Position numbers and translations under genes: made by a program. From an uncultured delta proteobacterium (lineage in GTDB: Bacteria > Desulfobacterota > WTBG01), in the NCBI GenBank assembly GCA_963793865.1, contig CAWCBP010000001.1, positions 96,001 to 160,000 of the forward strand: 64,000 nt of DNA, given 5' to 3'. This document shows, piece after piece, positions 53,416 to 64,000 of the stretch (position 1 is the stretch's first letter; each line of letters starts with the position of its first letter). Below the pieces are notes generated by a model that saw nothing but the letters and a program-made list of their open reading frames with translations, had not been told where the DNA came from and ran no database searches.

Positions 53416-54642
53416 TTATTGTATCTCTTCCCGGAGCACCGGTATAATCGCGTCAAGAATTTCTCGCATCTCTCTTTTGAACGCCTTGTTTGCAGCCATC
53501 GCTTTTACCAATGCCGGACTCATCTGGTAGTACAGCTTAATGAATTCCTGCCCTGCTGCAGTCTTGTTCAGCACTTCATCCCTCAATTTCCTTATCAGTG
53601 CCGTCTCTTCCGCGTTCACTCCATAGACTTCTTCCGAGGGGCACGATGCCGGTTCGGATGTGGTGGTGGTAGGCGCAGCGTCGGAAGATTTTCCTGCAAC
53701 CCAAATCGGTATGCCTGAAACGATCTGCATATCAATGACCCTTAAATCCGGAAAGAGCGGTACCGGATCAAAGTGCAGGTAGGCGTCGTAGGTGCCGTCC
53801 AAGACCCCCTGGCTGCACTCGGTAAGATCATCAGTGGTAAACTTCTGGGTTATGCTCCGGGCATTTTTAAAATAATCTTCTGAAAGTCTCGAGGAAAGCT
53901 GTCCCACGCAGAAGTCCGCGCCGGTGTCCGCAAGCACGTCTTCAAAGGTTTGGTAGGGAGCTGTGTTCTTGACGTGGATGTACCACGGGGTGCCGAAAGC
54001 TGTACAGGTAAAACGCGCGAGTTTCCGGCGTCTTTGCTCTACCCCATCGACACTGGCTGTTGCCCCCAGCGCCCCGAGAAAATCGGTAATGTCGAAATCC
54101 CCGTTGTTCAATCCGGTAAAAACCAGGCTGCTGCTGGGTACGGCTATGTAGACGGGTACGATCTGTATGGCACCCGGGTCCGGGTGGGAAGGGATGCCGT
54201 ATCCCTTGCCCAGCTCGTCGATAATCGCCCGCATCAGGTCCGCGTTGACCTTATCAAAGACATGAAATGTCCCGGGCGTGGTGACCACATTGAAGGTTCC
54301 CATCCTGATCTCTTTTTTGCTCAGGATGTCCGCAAGCAGACCGGTCGGATTTTGCGGAAAAGGATAAATCTCGTCTCCGTCGTCCTGTATCCGGGGGTAG
54401 CAGTCCGCGATATTGACAATGAGCGGGCCGGCAACCGGATCGCTGTTAATGATCTCCCGCCACCTGCCGCTGTCGATCACCCGGGCTATGGCCGCGTCGA
54501 GGGCGTCCACCAGCTGATCCTTTCCCTGACCGGGATATGCTTCCTCGGCAGCGAGAGAGGCCGTTGGTGTGACGGCCGCACCACAGCAGATGACCAATGC
54601 AGCAACGATTGAAAGCAGAGAATGGTACACGTACTGTTTCAT
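53416..54642 (-). CDS. Secreted protein (solute-binding-protein-like) with Thr linker and CFI-box-CTERM-like tail
   Basis: Signal peptide; PTTTTSEP linker; CP...YG...IRKLRDEVL...GQEFIKLYYQMSP. Confidence 0.65.
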   Translation of the reverse strand: MKQYVYHSLLSIVAALVICCGAAVTPTASLAAEEAYPGQGKDQLVDALDAAIARVIDSGRWREIINSDPVAGPLIVNIADCYPRIQDDGDEIYPFPQNPTGLLADILSKKEIRMGTFNVVTTPGTFHVFDKVNADLMRAIIDELGKGYGIPSHPDPGAIQIVPVYIAVPSSSLVFTGLNNGDFDITDFLGALGATASVDGVEQRRRKLARFTCTAFGTPWYIHVKNTAPYQTFEDVLADTGADFCVGQLSSRLSEDYFKNARSITQKFTTDDLTECSQGVLDGTYDAYLHFDPVPLFPDLRVIDMQIVSGIPIWVAGKSSDAAPTTTTSEPASCPSEEVYGVNAEETALIRKLRDEVLNKTAAGQEFIKLYYQMSPALVKAMAANKAFKREMREILDAIIPVLREEIQ

Positions 54643-55063
54643 GGCCTCTCCTTTCCCTTGGCTCAATTCCAGCCCAATATATTTGAAGTTGTGGTAGGAG
54701 CGCCTTCAGGCGCGATACATTCGCGGCTTAAAGCCGCTCCTACCGGCTGTCGCTCATTCTGGCATGTACTGCAATTTCAGAAGTGCCCCTGTAGGGACCA
54801 AAAGCTGTTTTGTAAAATAAGTATATACTGCGCTTTTTGTTTTCACAAGGGCTATCATTTGAAAGCCGCATCATAAGCATTTCATTGACACTGCCTCAAG
54901 AAAATAAATGTTTTTACATTGTAGGGGCGACCGGCCGGTCGCCCCTGCTGATTTTCTTGTTTATTTTTAATAATCTACCGGGCAAGCAGTAATCATCATG
55001 TTTATGGTTTGTGACCCTGCACAAAGAAATATGTTCGGGGATATATAAGGTTGAAGCAGTTGG

Positions 55064-55756
55064 TTATAGGAAACATGGAAGATGTTTATTTATTTCAATT
55101 TTTTCAAGATCGATTGTTACGTCATACACCATTATTTCCACTCCCGTGCGATGGGCGCGGCGGAGTGCCCTGCCGTATGCCGGGTCAATGTGGTCCGCCG
55201 GCCTGAACTCCCCGGCGTCCATGCGCTGCACCAGGTAGAACATCACGCACCGGTTCCCCGCTTTTACCTGCGTCTCAAGTTCGTGAAGGTGTTTGAGCCC
55301 GCGTTCGCTAACCGCATCGGGAAAGTATGCCACCCTGTCAGCAACCAGGGTGCAGTTTTTGATCTCCACATAGCATCGTTCTCGTCCGTTTTCCAACAGC
55401 AGGTCTACGCGGGAATTGACGCCGTAACGCACTTCGCTGCGCAGGGTGGGATAGCCGGAAAGCTGCGGAAGGCGTCCTGCCAAAACGGATTCTTTAACCA
55501 GGCGGTTCGGCACCATGGTGTTGACGCCGACCAGGGTGGTGCCCATCCGGGTCATTTCAATGGTATAGGGGAGCTTGCGAACGGGGTTGTGGCTGCGTGA
55601 AAGGTAGACCGTGCATCCCGGCTCGCAGCAGCCGGTCATGCTGCCGGTATTGGGGCAATGGGCTGTGACCTGGTGTTGGTTCCTAAGCCGGACATCAAAC
55701 AGAAAACGCTTGTAGCGTTTTATCAGCACCCCCTTGATGAGCTTTGGCCATTGCAT
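55064..55756 (-). CDS. sfsA: DNA/RNA nuclease SfsA
   Basis: RYKRFL, HCPNTGSM, SRVDLLL, YVEIK and FPDAVSERGLKHL. Confidence 0.95.
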   Translation of the reverse strand: MQWPKLIKGVLIKRYKRFLFDVRLRNQHQVTAHCPNTGSMTGCCEPGCTVYLSRSHNPVRKLPYTIEMTRMGTTLVGVNTMVPNRLVKESVLAGRLPQLSGYPTLRSEVRYGVNSRVDLLLENGRERCYVEIKNCTLVADRVAYFPDAVSERGLKHLHELETQVKAGNRCVMFYLVQRMDAGEFRPADHIDPAYGRALRRAHRTGVEIMVYDVTIDLEKIEINKHLPCFL

Positions 55757-55775
55757 CTGCTTTTACGCTTTCTTA

Positions 55776-55900
55776 CAGGCTGTTGAAAAACACCCATCTG
55801 CTGCGTTACGTTCATCCTTCGTCATTGCGGCGTACCGAAACGTACGCCTCATTCCTCAGAATTTCACGTGCCTTGCATCTGGATGTTTTTGAACAGCCTG
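55776..55900. mobile_element. 125-bp MITE-like element
   Basis: Terminal IR CAGGCTGTTGAAAAACA / TGTTTTTGAACAGCCTG; no ORF inside. Confidence 0.7.
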
Positions 55901-55924
55901 CGAACTTACTTTTTTAACAACCCG

Positions 55925-57274
55925 CTAATGTCTGACCGGTTCTCCGTCAAGATCATACTCGGAGGCACCGGTAATAGTTGCTTCAACCATCGCCCCGGGG
56001 GATGCTTTCCCCCCGGTGAGGTAAACAATGCCGTCAATATCCGGGGCCTGGAAGAACGTCCGGCCGGTGGCCATCCCCTGTTTGCGATCGATGCCTTCAA
56101 CCATGACGGTTTGGCGTGAGCCGATGAGCGCCTGGTTCTTCTTAAGCGAAATGCGGGACTGGGCGGACATTACCCGGTGGTATCGCTCCTCGACAACGGC
56201 GGCCGGAACTTTTCCTCCCATGCTGTAGGCCCTGGTTCCTTCTTCATCGGAATAGCGGAACGCTCCCAGGTGTTCGAATTCCGCCTCCCTGATAAAATCC
56301 AGAAGAAGATCGAAATCCTTTTCCGTTTCTCCCGGGAAACCCACCATGACGGTGGTGCGCAGCCGGAGGCCGGGAATGGATCTTCTCATTTCGTGCAGGA
56401 GTTTTCTGATGCCCGCGCTCTTCTTTCTCCTGCCCATCTTCTTCAGAATAGCGTCGCTTATGTGCTGGAGGGGAAGGTCGATGTAGCTGCACACCTTTTC
56501 CTCGTCCCGCACGGCCTCAATCAGCTCTTTTGAAAAGTAATCAGGGTGGCAGTAGAGCAGCCTGATCCAGGCCAGGCCTTCTATCCGGCACAGCCTTCGG
56601 AGCAAGGAGGCCAGGTCTGCGCCGGTGCCGCCCCCGTAAAAGGTCGTGTCCTGGGCGATGAGATTGATTTCCTTCACCCCCTGGGCGGCCAGCAATTTTG
56701 CCTCACTGGCAATTGATTGCGGACTCCTGCTCCGGTAGGGACCCTTGATGGCGGGGATGGTGCAGAACGCGCACCGGTGGGAGCAGCCTTCTGCTATCTT
56801 CAGATACGCAGTGTGGGAAGGGGTGGCGCGCAGGCGCGGTGCGGACCGGACGGGGGGCGAGGTGCGCGGCAGCGGCCGGGAGAAAGCGCACCGGCTGTCC
56901 GGTGCTGTACGCTCGCGCAGCAGGTGCGCAATGCGGGGCAGGTCGGACGGGCCGATCAGCAGGTCCACCCCGCGCAGATCGGGACGGTCGGTGAAAAATG
57001 ATGTGCCATAGCGCTGGGGGAGACAGCCGGCAACGGCAAGCGTCCTGCAGCTGCCTTTCTCCTTGAGCCGCAGCAGTGAACTGATGGTGTCCGTCGCCTC
57101 CTGAACGGCGGCCTTTATAAATGCGCAGGTGTTGACAATGATGATCGCCGCTTCTTCCCTGCGGGCGGTAAAAGTAAACCCGCCCTCCCGCAGGTATCCC
57201 GCGATGCTCTCGCTGTCCACCAGATTTTTAGGGCAGCCCAGGCTTTCTAAGTAGACCTTTTCCTTCAACGCCAC
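55925..57274 (-). CDS. rimO: Ribosomal protein S12 methylthiotransferase
   Basis: SLGCPKNLVDSE, NTCAFI, YLKIAEGCSHRCAFCTIP and APDIDG in the TRAM domain. Confidence 0.95.
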   Translation of the reverse strand: MALKEKVYLESLGCPKNLVDSESIAGYLREGGFTFTARREEAAIIIVNTCAFIKAAVQEATDTISSLLRLKEKGSCRTLAVAGCLPQRYGTSFFTDRPDLRGVDLLIGPSDLPRIAHLLRERTAPDSRCAFSRPLPRTSPPVRSAPRLRATPSHTAYLKIAEGCSHRCAFCTIPAIKGPYRSRSPQSIASEAKLLAAQGVKEINLIAQDTTFYGGGTGADLASLLRRLCRIEGLAWIRLLYCHPDYFSKELIEAVRDEEKVCSYIDLPLQHISDAILKKMGRRKKSAGIRKLLHEMRRSIPGLRLRTTVMVGFPGETEKDFDLLLDFIREAEFEHLGAFRYSDEEGTRAYSMGGKVPAAVVEERYHRVMSAQSRISLKKNQALIGSRQTVMVEGIDRKQGMATGRTFFQAPDIDGIVYLTGGKASPGAMVEATITGASEYDLDGEPVRH

Positions 57275-58236
57275 GACGCCTTCCTGGTAAAATCGGGGAC
57301 AAAGGTGTCTTCAAGTTCCTCGGGGTACTGGCACCAGCCGTTCTCAAATCCGTGATGCTCGAGGAGGTCGGCGGCACGCCGGTATTCTTCGGAGGTGAGC
57401 TTTCTGTTTATCTTCTCACAGGTGTGCGCCCGGTAGGCGGGGAAGTATTGCCCCATGAGGCTCAGGTGTACTTCAGTTCCCAGTTCCTCCCTGATCATCC
57501 GCAGCACTGCCCCGGTGCCGGCGAGGTCCGAAGGGAGCACCAGGTGTCGAATGATGAGACCGCGCCGGGCAACGCCGTCATCATCGATTGCAAGCGGCCC
57601 GACCTGCCGGTACATCTCCTTCAGCGCGGCACGGTTAAAGCGGGTGTACTGCTGCGCCCCGGAAAGCTCGCGGGCGCTTTCGTCGTCTCCATACTTGGCG
57701 TCCGGCAGATAGATGTCGATGATCCCCTCCAGCAGCCTGAGCACCTCCGGCCTCTCGTAACCGTTGCTGTTATACACCAGCGGCAGCGAGAGGCCTCCGG
57801 CCGCGGCTTTTTTAAGCGCTCTTACAACCATGGGCAGAAAGTGGGCGGCGGAGACAAGATTGATGTTATGGCATCCCTGTGCCTGGAGCGAGAGCATGGC
57901 ATCAGCCAGGGTATCATCATCCGCCGGGGTTCCCAGCAGCTCCTGGCTGATCTGGTAATTCTGGCAGAACAGGCAGGTGAGGCTGCAATGGGCGAAAAAA
58001 ACGGTGCCTGATCCGCCGGTGCCGGTCAGGACCGGCTCTTCGCCGAAGTGGGGCAGTGCCTTGCTCACCACCGCTTCAGCGCCGGCCCGGCAGAAACCCT
58101 TCTCGCCCCGGAGACGGTTTACCCCGCAGGACCGGGGGCAGAGGGCGCAGCCGGCTGCGATGGCTTCCAGCGCGCCTATTCGCTCATCCAGCGCGCCGCT
58201 CTCATACAGATCGGTGTAGCGGATTACCCTGTTCAT
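57265..58236 (-). CDS. Radical SAM protein, PflX-like
   Basis: CALCPRSC, HFGEEP...GSGTVFF, CSLTCLFCQN, DIYLPD and RHLVLP. Confidence 0.9.
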   Translation of the reverse strand: MNRVIRYTDLYESGALDERIGALEAIAAGCALCPRSCGVNRLRGEKGFCRAGAEAVVSKALPHFGEEPVLTGTGGSGTVFFAHCSLTCLFCQNYQISQELLGTPADDDTLADAMLSLQAQGCHNINLVSAAHFLPMVVRALKKAAAGGLSLPLVYNSNGYERPEVLRLLEGIIDIYLPDAKYGDDESARELSGAQQYTRFNRAALKEMYRQVGPLAIDDDGVARRGLIIRHLVLPSDLAGTGAVLRMIREELGTEVHLSLMGQYFPAYRAHTCEKINRKLTSEEYRRAADLLEHHGFENGWCQYPEELEDTFVPDFTRKASWR

Positions 58237-58322
58237 GGTTCGTCGTGCAGTCTATGTGGCAGGTCAGGAAAGTTTCCACTGGCTCATGCCAATTTGTAAT
58301 ACCCGATTGTTCTATGAATAAT

Positions 58323-58498
58323 GAGATTGCTTCGTTTCCCCGGATGGGACTCCTCGCAACGACTCGTTTATTTTGTTCATATAATTTTAAATGACATAAC
58401 TCTGGTAGCATGTCTCGGAATGCAACTTTTTAAAAAATACATTAAATGAAATCCGTCGTTGCGAGGAGCCCCACCTGGGTGGGCGACGAAGCAATCTC
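58323..58498. repeat. Inverted pair of GTC(A/G)TTGCGAG...GCAATCTC palindromic repeats
   Basis: Same family as the interior of the 23453 element. Confidence 0.7.
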
Positions 58499-58853
58499 AT
58501 TCCGGTTCATCCGCCGGGTTATCCCCTGGAGACGAATCAGGCGAAGATGGAACTTCGCTTATATCAGTTGCCTCGTCAGCGATCCCCGCGGTTTTTTTAC
58601 CATCGATGATTTTCCGCACCAGCGGCGGCATGGAAATATCCTCGATGTTAAACCGGGACAGCGCGTCTGCCAGCATGTCGATTTTTTCCGAGAGGGTGAG
58701 GCTGGTCTCGATGAGCACCACCTGCTCATCCTTCAGCCGGTACAGTCCCCCGCGGGAGTAGATGCTCAGCTTCCGCAGGTTCTGATAGTTTACCGTGAGG
58801 TTCAGCTTTTCAGCTATTCCTTCCAGGTGCTGTAACAAGGCGGATTCATTCAT
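58497..58853 (-). CDS. Hypothetical protein
   Basis: 118-aa ORF co-oriented with neighbours, with SD-like GGAG/AGGA upstream. Confidence 0.6.
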   Translation of the reverse strand: MNESALLQHLEGIAEKLNLTVNYQNLRKLSIYSRGGLYRLKDEQVVLIETSLTLSEKIDMLADALSRFNIEDISMPPLVRKIIDGKKTAGIADEATDISEVPSSPDSSPGDNPADEPE

Positions 58854-58907
58854 GGGTTTCCTGCCGCTCCCCCGTGGTGTGACCGGAACAGGCTTCTGCG
58901 CGGTCGG

Positions 58908-60769
58908 TTATGGCTTGGGCGACGGTTCGCCCAGCTTTTCTTCAAAGCTGACTCTGTGCTGTTCGTAGGAGACAGTCAGCGTTTCCAGCTCATCGAACAG
59001 CCGGTCAATGGTTGAGCGGCAGTGATGCATGGACTGGGAAAGCTCGACGATTTTCGCGCCGCTGTTGAGCTGCGACGCCTTTACCATCTGCTGGTTCAGC
59101 TCATTAAGCCGCTTCTCGCCGGCTTCAATGTCCTTCTCGATCTGCTCGATGCGCTGCTTGAGGGGATTGAGAACGCGCGAGCGTTCGGTAATGAGATCCG
59201 AGCGTATGCGCCTGCGCTCCTTCCTGCTGAGCAGATCGGGGGCCTTCTCTTTGCGCGTCTCCTGCCGGTCCGGCCTGCCGGAGTCGACCTCGTCCCACCC
59301 CTCCTTTTCAAGAAAGCGCCGGTAGCTTCCCTCAAAGGGATATACCTGCCCGTCCCGGAAGACGATGAGGCGCTCGGCGAGCGCGTGCAGGAACATCTCG
59401 TTGTGGGTAACCATGATCAACGCCCCGGGAAAGTTATCCAGGGCGGCGAGCAGGGCGTCGCAGGATTCCATGTCCAGATGATTGGTGATCTCGTCAAGCA
59501 GGAGCAGGTTGAGGGGCGTTGCCAGCAGCTTGCCGATCATGACCCGGCTTTTCTCCCCCCGGAAAGCACGCTGATGGTCTTGAGCGCGTACTCGTCATCA
59601 AACATCATTGCCCCGGAGATGTTCCACGCCGTCTGCCGGTCAACGTCACCGTAGGAGGCGGCTATCTCCTCCACCACGGTTCTGCTCTCGACCAGGCTGG
59701 AGATGTTGGTCTGCTCGAAGAAGCCCCTGGCGATGCCGGGGCTGTAGGTAATGGCGCCTCCTGTGGGGGAAAGCGCGCCGGCCAGCAATTTAATGAGCGT
59801 CGTTTTGCCCTTGCCGTTTTTTCCGACCACGCACACCCGGTCATTGGGCCTGACGGTGATGCTGAAATCCCTGATCAGCGGCGCGCCGGCCTCATAGGCA
59901 AAAGAGAGGTCTTTGACGGTTACGGCATATTTTCCCTTGAAAGGTTTGGGGCGAAACGAGAAGTCCAGCGTCTTGAGCTTTTCAAGCTTTTCCTTCCTGC
60001 TCCATTTTTTCCAGCAGCTTGACGCGGGACTGGACGAGATTGGCGAGCCGGGCCTTGGCGCGAAACTTGGTTATGAACTGTTCAATCTCCTGGTTGCGCC
60101 TGTCTTCGTTGAGCCGGGTTTTTTCGTAGATCTCCTCATCCTGGGCGACCTGGGAATAAAACTTTTCCGTGTGCCTTCCATCTTGCGTATCTTTCTGCGA
60201 TGGATGCCCATGATGTGGGTAACAATGGCGTCCATGAAGCTGCGGTCATGGGTGATCAGCATCAGCTCATGGGGCCAGGTGCTGAGGTAGCGCTCAACCC
60301 AGCGCAGCGAAGTGATGTCCAGGTAGTTGGTCGGCTCGTCCAGGAGCAGGAGGTCCGGCTGGGAGAGCAGGGTCTTGGCCAGGTTGAGGCGCACCTGGTG
60401 CCCCCCGGAAAAGGTGCCGGGGTGGCGAAGCATGTCATCCGCTGAAAAGCCGAGCCCGGAAAGGATTTTTTCCACCTTCCAGGTATGATGGCGCTCCCCT
60501 GCCGGGAGCCCTTTTTCACCTTCGGCAAGCACCGTATCCTCGGTAAAGGCCAGGTGCTGGCGGACATAGCCGATGCGGTAGTTCCTGGGAATGGTGACGC
60601 CGCCCCCGTCAGGCTGTTCCTCGTTGACGATAATCCTGAAGAGGGTGGTTTTGCCGTGGCCGTTTCTGCCCACCAGGCCGACCCGCTCGCCGGCGTTGAT
60701 TTTAAAACTCGCCTCTTCAAAGAGTATCTGTTTCCCGAATGCCTTCGAGAGATTTTCCGCACTGATCAT
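58908..60769 (-). CDS. ABC-F family ATPase, split by frameshifts
   Basis: [21 protein letters not shown]; second [24 protein letters not shown]; coiled-coil tail. Confidence 0.85.
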
Positions 60770-60995
60770 AACTTAAGATTCCTGGGGCATGATAAGCGCT
60801 TCCCCTTCGCCTTGCGCTGCGGCATTTCAGACACGCGTTGTCTCCCGGGAGTTGCGGTATCAGGCGGTCCGGCGCATCAAACAGGCATACCGGTTACGAA
60901 AGGCTGCTTCAGGTGCAACTGACAGTGGGAAGGCGCTGTGCGCGAAACACAGCCTCCGACAGGAGGGACCGCGCAGTGCCTAAAGGGGTGATGGA

Positions 60996-61979
60996 TCACT
61001 TCTTCAGCATGCGCGCAATTTCATCAACCAGCGGTTTCGAGCCGACGTAGAGAGCGGTGCGCTGGTGAATTTTTTCCGGTGTCCTGTCGAGAATGGGCGT
61101 GCCGGTTTCATCGACCGCGTCTCCGCCGGCCTCGCGGCAGATGAAGGACACGACGGCGGCCTCATACATGAGTCTCAGCTTGCCCTGGGGCCGGTTCTTT
61201 TTGGGATCGGGATGGTTGACGATGGCCGGGTACATGAACATGCCCCCGTTTGAAAGCAGCCGGTGAAAATCGCCCGCCAGCGCTCCCAGGTACCTGAAGG
61301 AGTATTTGTTTTCATTCTCCGCGATCCATTTCTGAACCCCGGGGTCGAAGGTGTAGCGGTTGGCCTCGTTGAACGACAGCTCCCAGCTTTTTTTGTCGCC
61401 GGGGAGGACCATGCGGATCGGTTTCACGAAATTCATGGTTTCGTCGATGTGAAAACGCCAGGCGCCCGCCTCGCGCAGGGCAAGGGTGAATGTCCCGGTG
61501 GGGATGACAAACATGCCGGCGGCGATGTACTCCCTGCCGGCGCGCAGGTGCTCATCTTCGGGGCCTTCGAGGTTGCGCTTGGCGATCCCGAAGAGGAATC
61601 CGACGGGGAGACCGTGGGAAACATTGGCGGAGCCGTCGAGGGGATCGAAATAAAAGAAGTACCGCCCCTTGTCCCGGGTCAGGGGGATGATTTCATCGGA
61701 TTCCTCGCTTACCGCGTGGATGACCCGCTCCGTGGTCTTGAGGTAATGAATGACGATCTGGTGGGCGATCTGATCCATGCGCATGACCTCTTCACCCTGC
61801 ACGTTTATCACCCCCGCCATGCCCAGGTTGCCCTTCAGGGCGCCGGTGAGATAGTAGTGCTGAATGTGCTTGGCCGCGCTCATCACCGCGTCCATGAGAA
61901 TTAAAAAGTGGTAGGTGCGGTTATACTTTTCCTGGTGGTGCAGCAAAAAATTCAGGAAGGTTTGTTCAAACTGTATCAT
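60996..61979 (-). CDS. fbp: Fructose-1,6-bisphosphatase class I
   Basis: NVQGE, SEE, DPLDGS, RYLG..GDFHR and GKLRLMYEA. Confidence 0.9.
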   Translation of the reverse strand: MIQFEQTFLNFLLHHQEKYNRTYHFLILMDAVMSAAKHIQHYYLTGALKGNLGMAGVINVQGEEVMRMDQIAHQIVIHYLKTTERVIHAVSEESDEIIPLTRDKGRYFFYFDPLDGSANVSHGLPVGFLFGIAKRNLEGPEDEHLRAGREYIAAGMFVIPTGTFTLALREAGAWRFHIDETMNFVKPIRMVLPGDKKSWELSFNEANRYTFDPGVQKWIAENENKYSFRYLGALAGDFHRLLSNGGMFMYPAIVNHPDPKKNRPQGKLRLMYEAAVVSFICREAGGDAVDETGTPILDRTPEKIHQRTALYVGSKPLVDEIARMLKK

Positions 61980-62101
61980 GGCGATCCCCCTTTCTTCTGC
62001 TCAAAAATGCCCCGGCCGTATTCCGGAAACAAAGCCGGCCTGATCATCATCCTTTTAACCATAGAATAAACACGCGCGGCATGTCAATCAAAATGATGGC
62101 C

Positions 62102-62479
62102 TTATTCCTTTACCGCAGCGCCGCCGGAAGGGGAGGGGAGGGTTGCTGCGCGTGCTTCCAGCCATATCCTTATGCCCTCCTGCAGTTTTCGCGCCTCGTG
62201 CTTATAGCGCGCCTGGGGAAAGGCGCGCTCGGCGGACAGGGCCTTGGCCAGCGCCTGTTCCGCCGTCTCGCGGTTCCCGCTCGTCTGGGCCTCCTTGAAC
62301 AAAACATCACCCCATTTTTTTAAAACGAAGCCGTCATCCTGGGGCAGCTTTTCAAGCACCTGCTTGGCCCCGTTCAGATCCCCGCCGTATTCGCGCGGCT
62401 CCACCTCTTTTCTCACAATGGTCATAATGGTTTCCCATTCCACCAGCCTTTTTTTTCTCACGTAGTTCATGCGGTCCAT
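62102..62479 (-). CDS. Hypothetical protein
   Basis: ORF with AGGA SD before ATG 62479; helical, no recognised motif. Confidence 0.55.
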   Translation of the reverse strand: MDRMNYVRKKRLVEWETIMTIVRKEVEPREYGGDLNGAKQVLEKLPQDDGFVLKKWGDVLFKEAQTSGNRETAEQALAKALSAERAFPQARYKHEARKLQEGIRIWLEARAATLPSPSGGAAVKE

Positions 62480-62814
62480 TGTTTTTTCCTGCAGGTGATG
62501 AAGAGGCAATCCGAAGGGCGACACGGGATCACCCGCCCGCCGCCTCTCTTTTCTTATTATGTAGCACAGTTCGGGGCATTGCACAAGCGCTCTGTGGAAG
62601 GATCCGCCGCCGCTCCGGGGTCAAGTTTCATGGTCGCAATGCCGAAGAGATGAGTGGTGCCTGCACTGCACGAACGGGCGGTAGAATCAGCATGTTCTCC
62701 CGCCGGGGAAGGCCCAGGGGATGAAAATGCGTTTTTTTGGTTTACTTTTTTTCCCCGCTGTGGCACTATGCTCACAAAATCAACTGCGTGCCTGCGCGCG
62801 GACAAGGAGTAAAT

Positions 62815-64000
62815 ATGTTTAAATATGTAATTTTAACAGCATGCTGCTGCGGGGTTTTTCTGCTCGGGTGCGCCCACCGGCCTCCGTCAGACCGCGCCTT
62901 TCCCGGGGAGTCCTCCGACATCGTCTATCGCGGGTCCATTCCCGACGCTCAGCCTGACGCGTCTTCCTCCGCCGGGCCCGGGAAAAAGGAGCGGCAGACA
63001 CGAAGCAGTTCGGGCCAGGACGCGAACCAGCGGCTGGTTGATTCAGCCCTGGAGCTGTACCAGAAATCGCAGGAGTTCTGGGACCGGGGAGACCTGGAGA
63101 GCGCCATCAATGCCCTCGATGCGTCGTACGCGCTCATCGTCAGGGTGGACCAGGATGTTGACGAAAGCATACTGCAGCAAAAAGAGGATTTGCGCTATAC
63201 CATTGCCAAGCGGATCATGGAGGTCTATGCGTCGCGGCTGAGCACCGCTCAGGGAACGCAGGATGCAATCCCCATGGTGATGAATAAACATGTGGAGGCG
63301 GAAATAGCCTCGTTCAGGGGAAGGGAGCGTAACTTTTTCATCAACTCCTATGTGCGGTCGGGGAGATACCGCGCCGACATTCTCAAAGCGCTGCGGGAGG
63401 AAGGGATGCCCGAGGAGCTTGCATGGCTTCCCCTGATTGAAAGCGGTTTCCAGACGAACGCCCTGTCATCGGCGCGCGCCCTCGGCCTCTGGCAGTTCAT
63501 TGCCTCGACCGGCTATAAATTCGGCCTGGAACGGAACGAGTGGGTGGACGATCGCATGGATCCGCAGCAGTCAACGCGGGCGGCGATTGCCTACCTGAAG
63601 GAGCTGCACGGCATTTTCGGGGACTGGACCACCGCCCTCGCGGCCTACAACTGCGGGGAGGGCACCGTGCTCAGAATTATCAGGTCGCAGAAGATCGGAT
63701 ATCTTGATAATTTCTGGGACCTGTATGACCGGCTGCCCAGGGAAACCGCCTCCTACGTGCCCCGCTTCATTGCGGTGGTCACCATCATGAAAGACCCGGA
63801 GTGCTTCGGCTTCAAATTCCCTCCGCCGGACAAGCCTCTTCAGTGCGAGGAGGTGATCACCAGCCGGCAGATGCATCTGAAGGAAATAGCCTCAGGCCTC
63901 GATATTTCTCTCTCCGACTTAAAGGATTTAAATCCCGCCCTGAGGAAAGAAGTAACGCCTGACGGATCATATGCCCTCAAGGTGCCGGCGGGCAAATTAC
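62815..64000 (+). CDS. MltD-like membrane-bound lytic transglycosylase (lipoprotein), partial
   Basis: Manual translation: AAGGAG SD, lipobox LLGC, LPLIESG, ALGLWQF, ALAAYNCGEG and LPRETASYVPRF. Confidence 0.9.
   Translation, partial: MFKYVILTACCCGVFLLGCAHRPPSDRAFPGESSDIVYRGSIPDAQPDASSSAGPGKKERQTRSSSGQDANQRLVDSALELYQKSQEFWDRGDLESAINALDASYALIVRVDQDVDESILQQKEDLRYTIAKRIMEVYASRLSTAQGTQDAIPMVMNKHVEAEIASFRGRERNFFINSYVRSGRYRADILKALREEGMPEELAWLPLIESGFQTNALSSARALGLWQFIASTGYKFGLERNEWVDDRMDPQQSTRAAIAYLKELHGIFGDWTTALAAYNCGEGTVLRIIRSQKIGYLDNFWDLYDRLPRETASYVPRFIAVVTIMKDPECFGFKFPPPDKPLQCEEVITSRQMHLKEIASGLDISLSDLKDLNPALRKEVTPDGSYALKVPAGKL

Noticed and set aside
11068..60769. Many frameshifts as programmed frameshifting or mass pseudogenisation
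   Set aside because: Scattered single-base indels in unrelated genes (ABC-F, esterase, spermidine-synthase-like) without consistent slippery motifs fit assembly error better; reads are needed

Overview
Bacterial DNA; the gene content suggests an anaerobic deltaproteobacterium/Desulfobacterota-like genome (inference). The GC-rich flanks (1-16 kb, 42-64 kb) carry ordinary genes: an LPS-type operon with a two-component system, AmmeMemoRadiSam genes, a Gld-like ABC system, aldehyde:ferredoxin oxidoreductase, sfsA, rimO, fbp and lytic transglycosylases. Between them lies a visibly AT-richer island (~16.1-41.8 kb) with a co-oriented array of about ten secreted, Cys/Asp-rich modular proteins (beta-propeller repeats, thrombospondin-3 repeats, DUF1566, an M1 aminopeptidase). 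Nearly all carry the same Cys-rich dockerin-like duplicated Ca-loop module, usually at the C-terminus. Several array genes are preceded by a conserved leader: SD, short uORF with HNP(A/T)FS, a covarying hairpin and a U-rich tail. Four genes share a conserved domain with two hypervariable Cys/aromatic loops; in one of them the dockerin-like tag is replaced by a CFI-box-CTERM-like tag. One paralog has been almost entirely replaced by a Y1 (HUH) transposase element with terminal inverted repeats. Many single-base frameshifts suggest assembly errors, so split genes are not proven pseudogenes.
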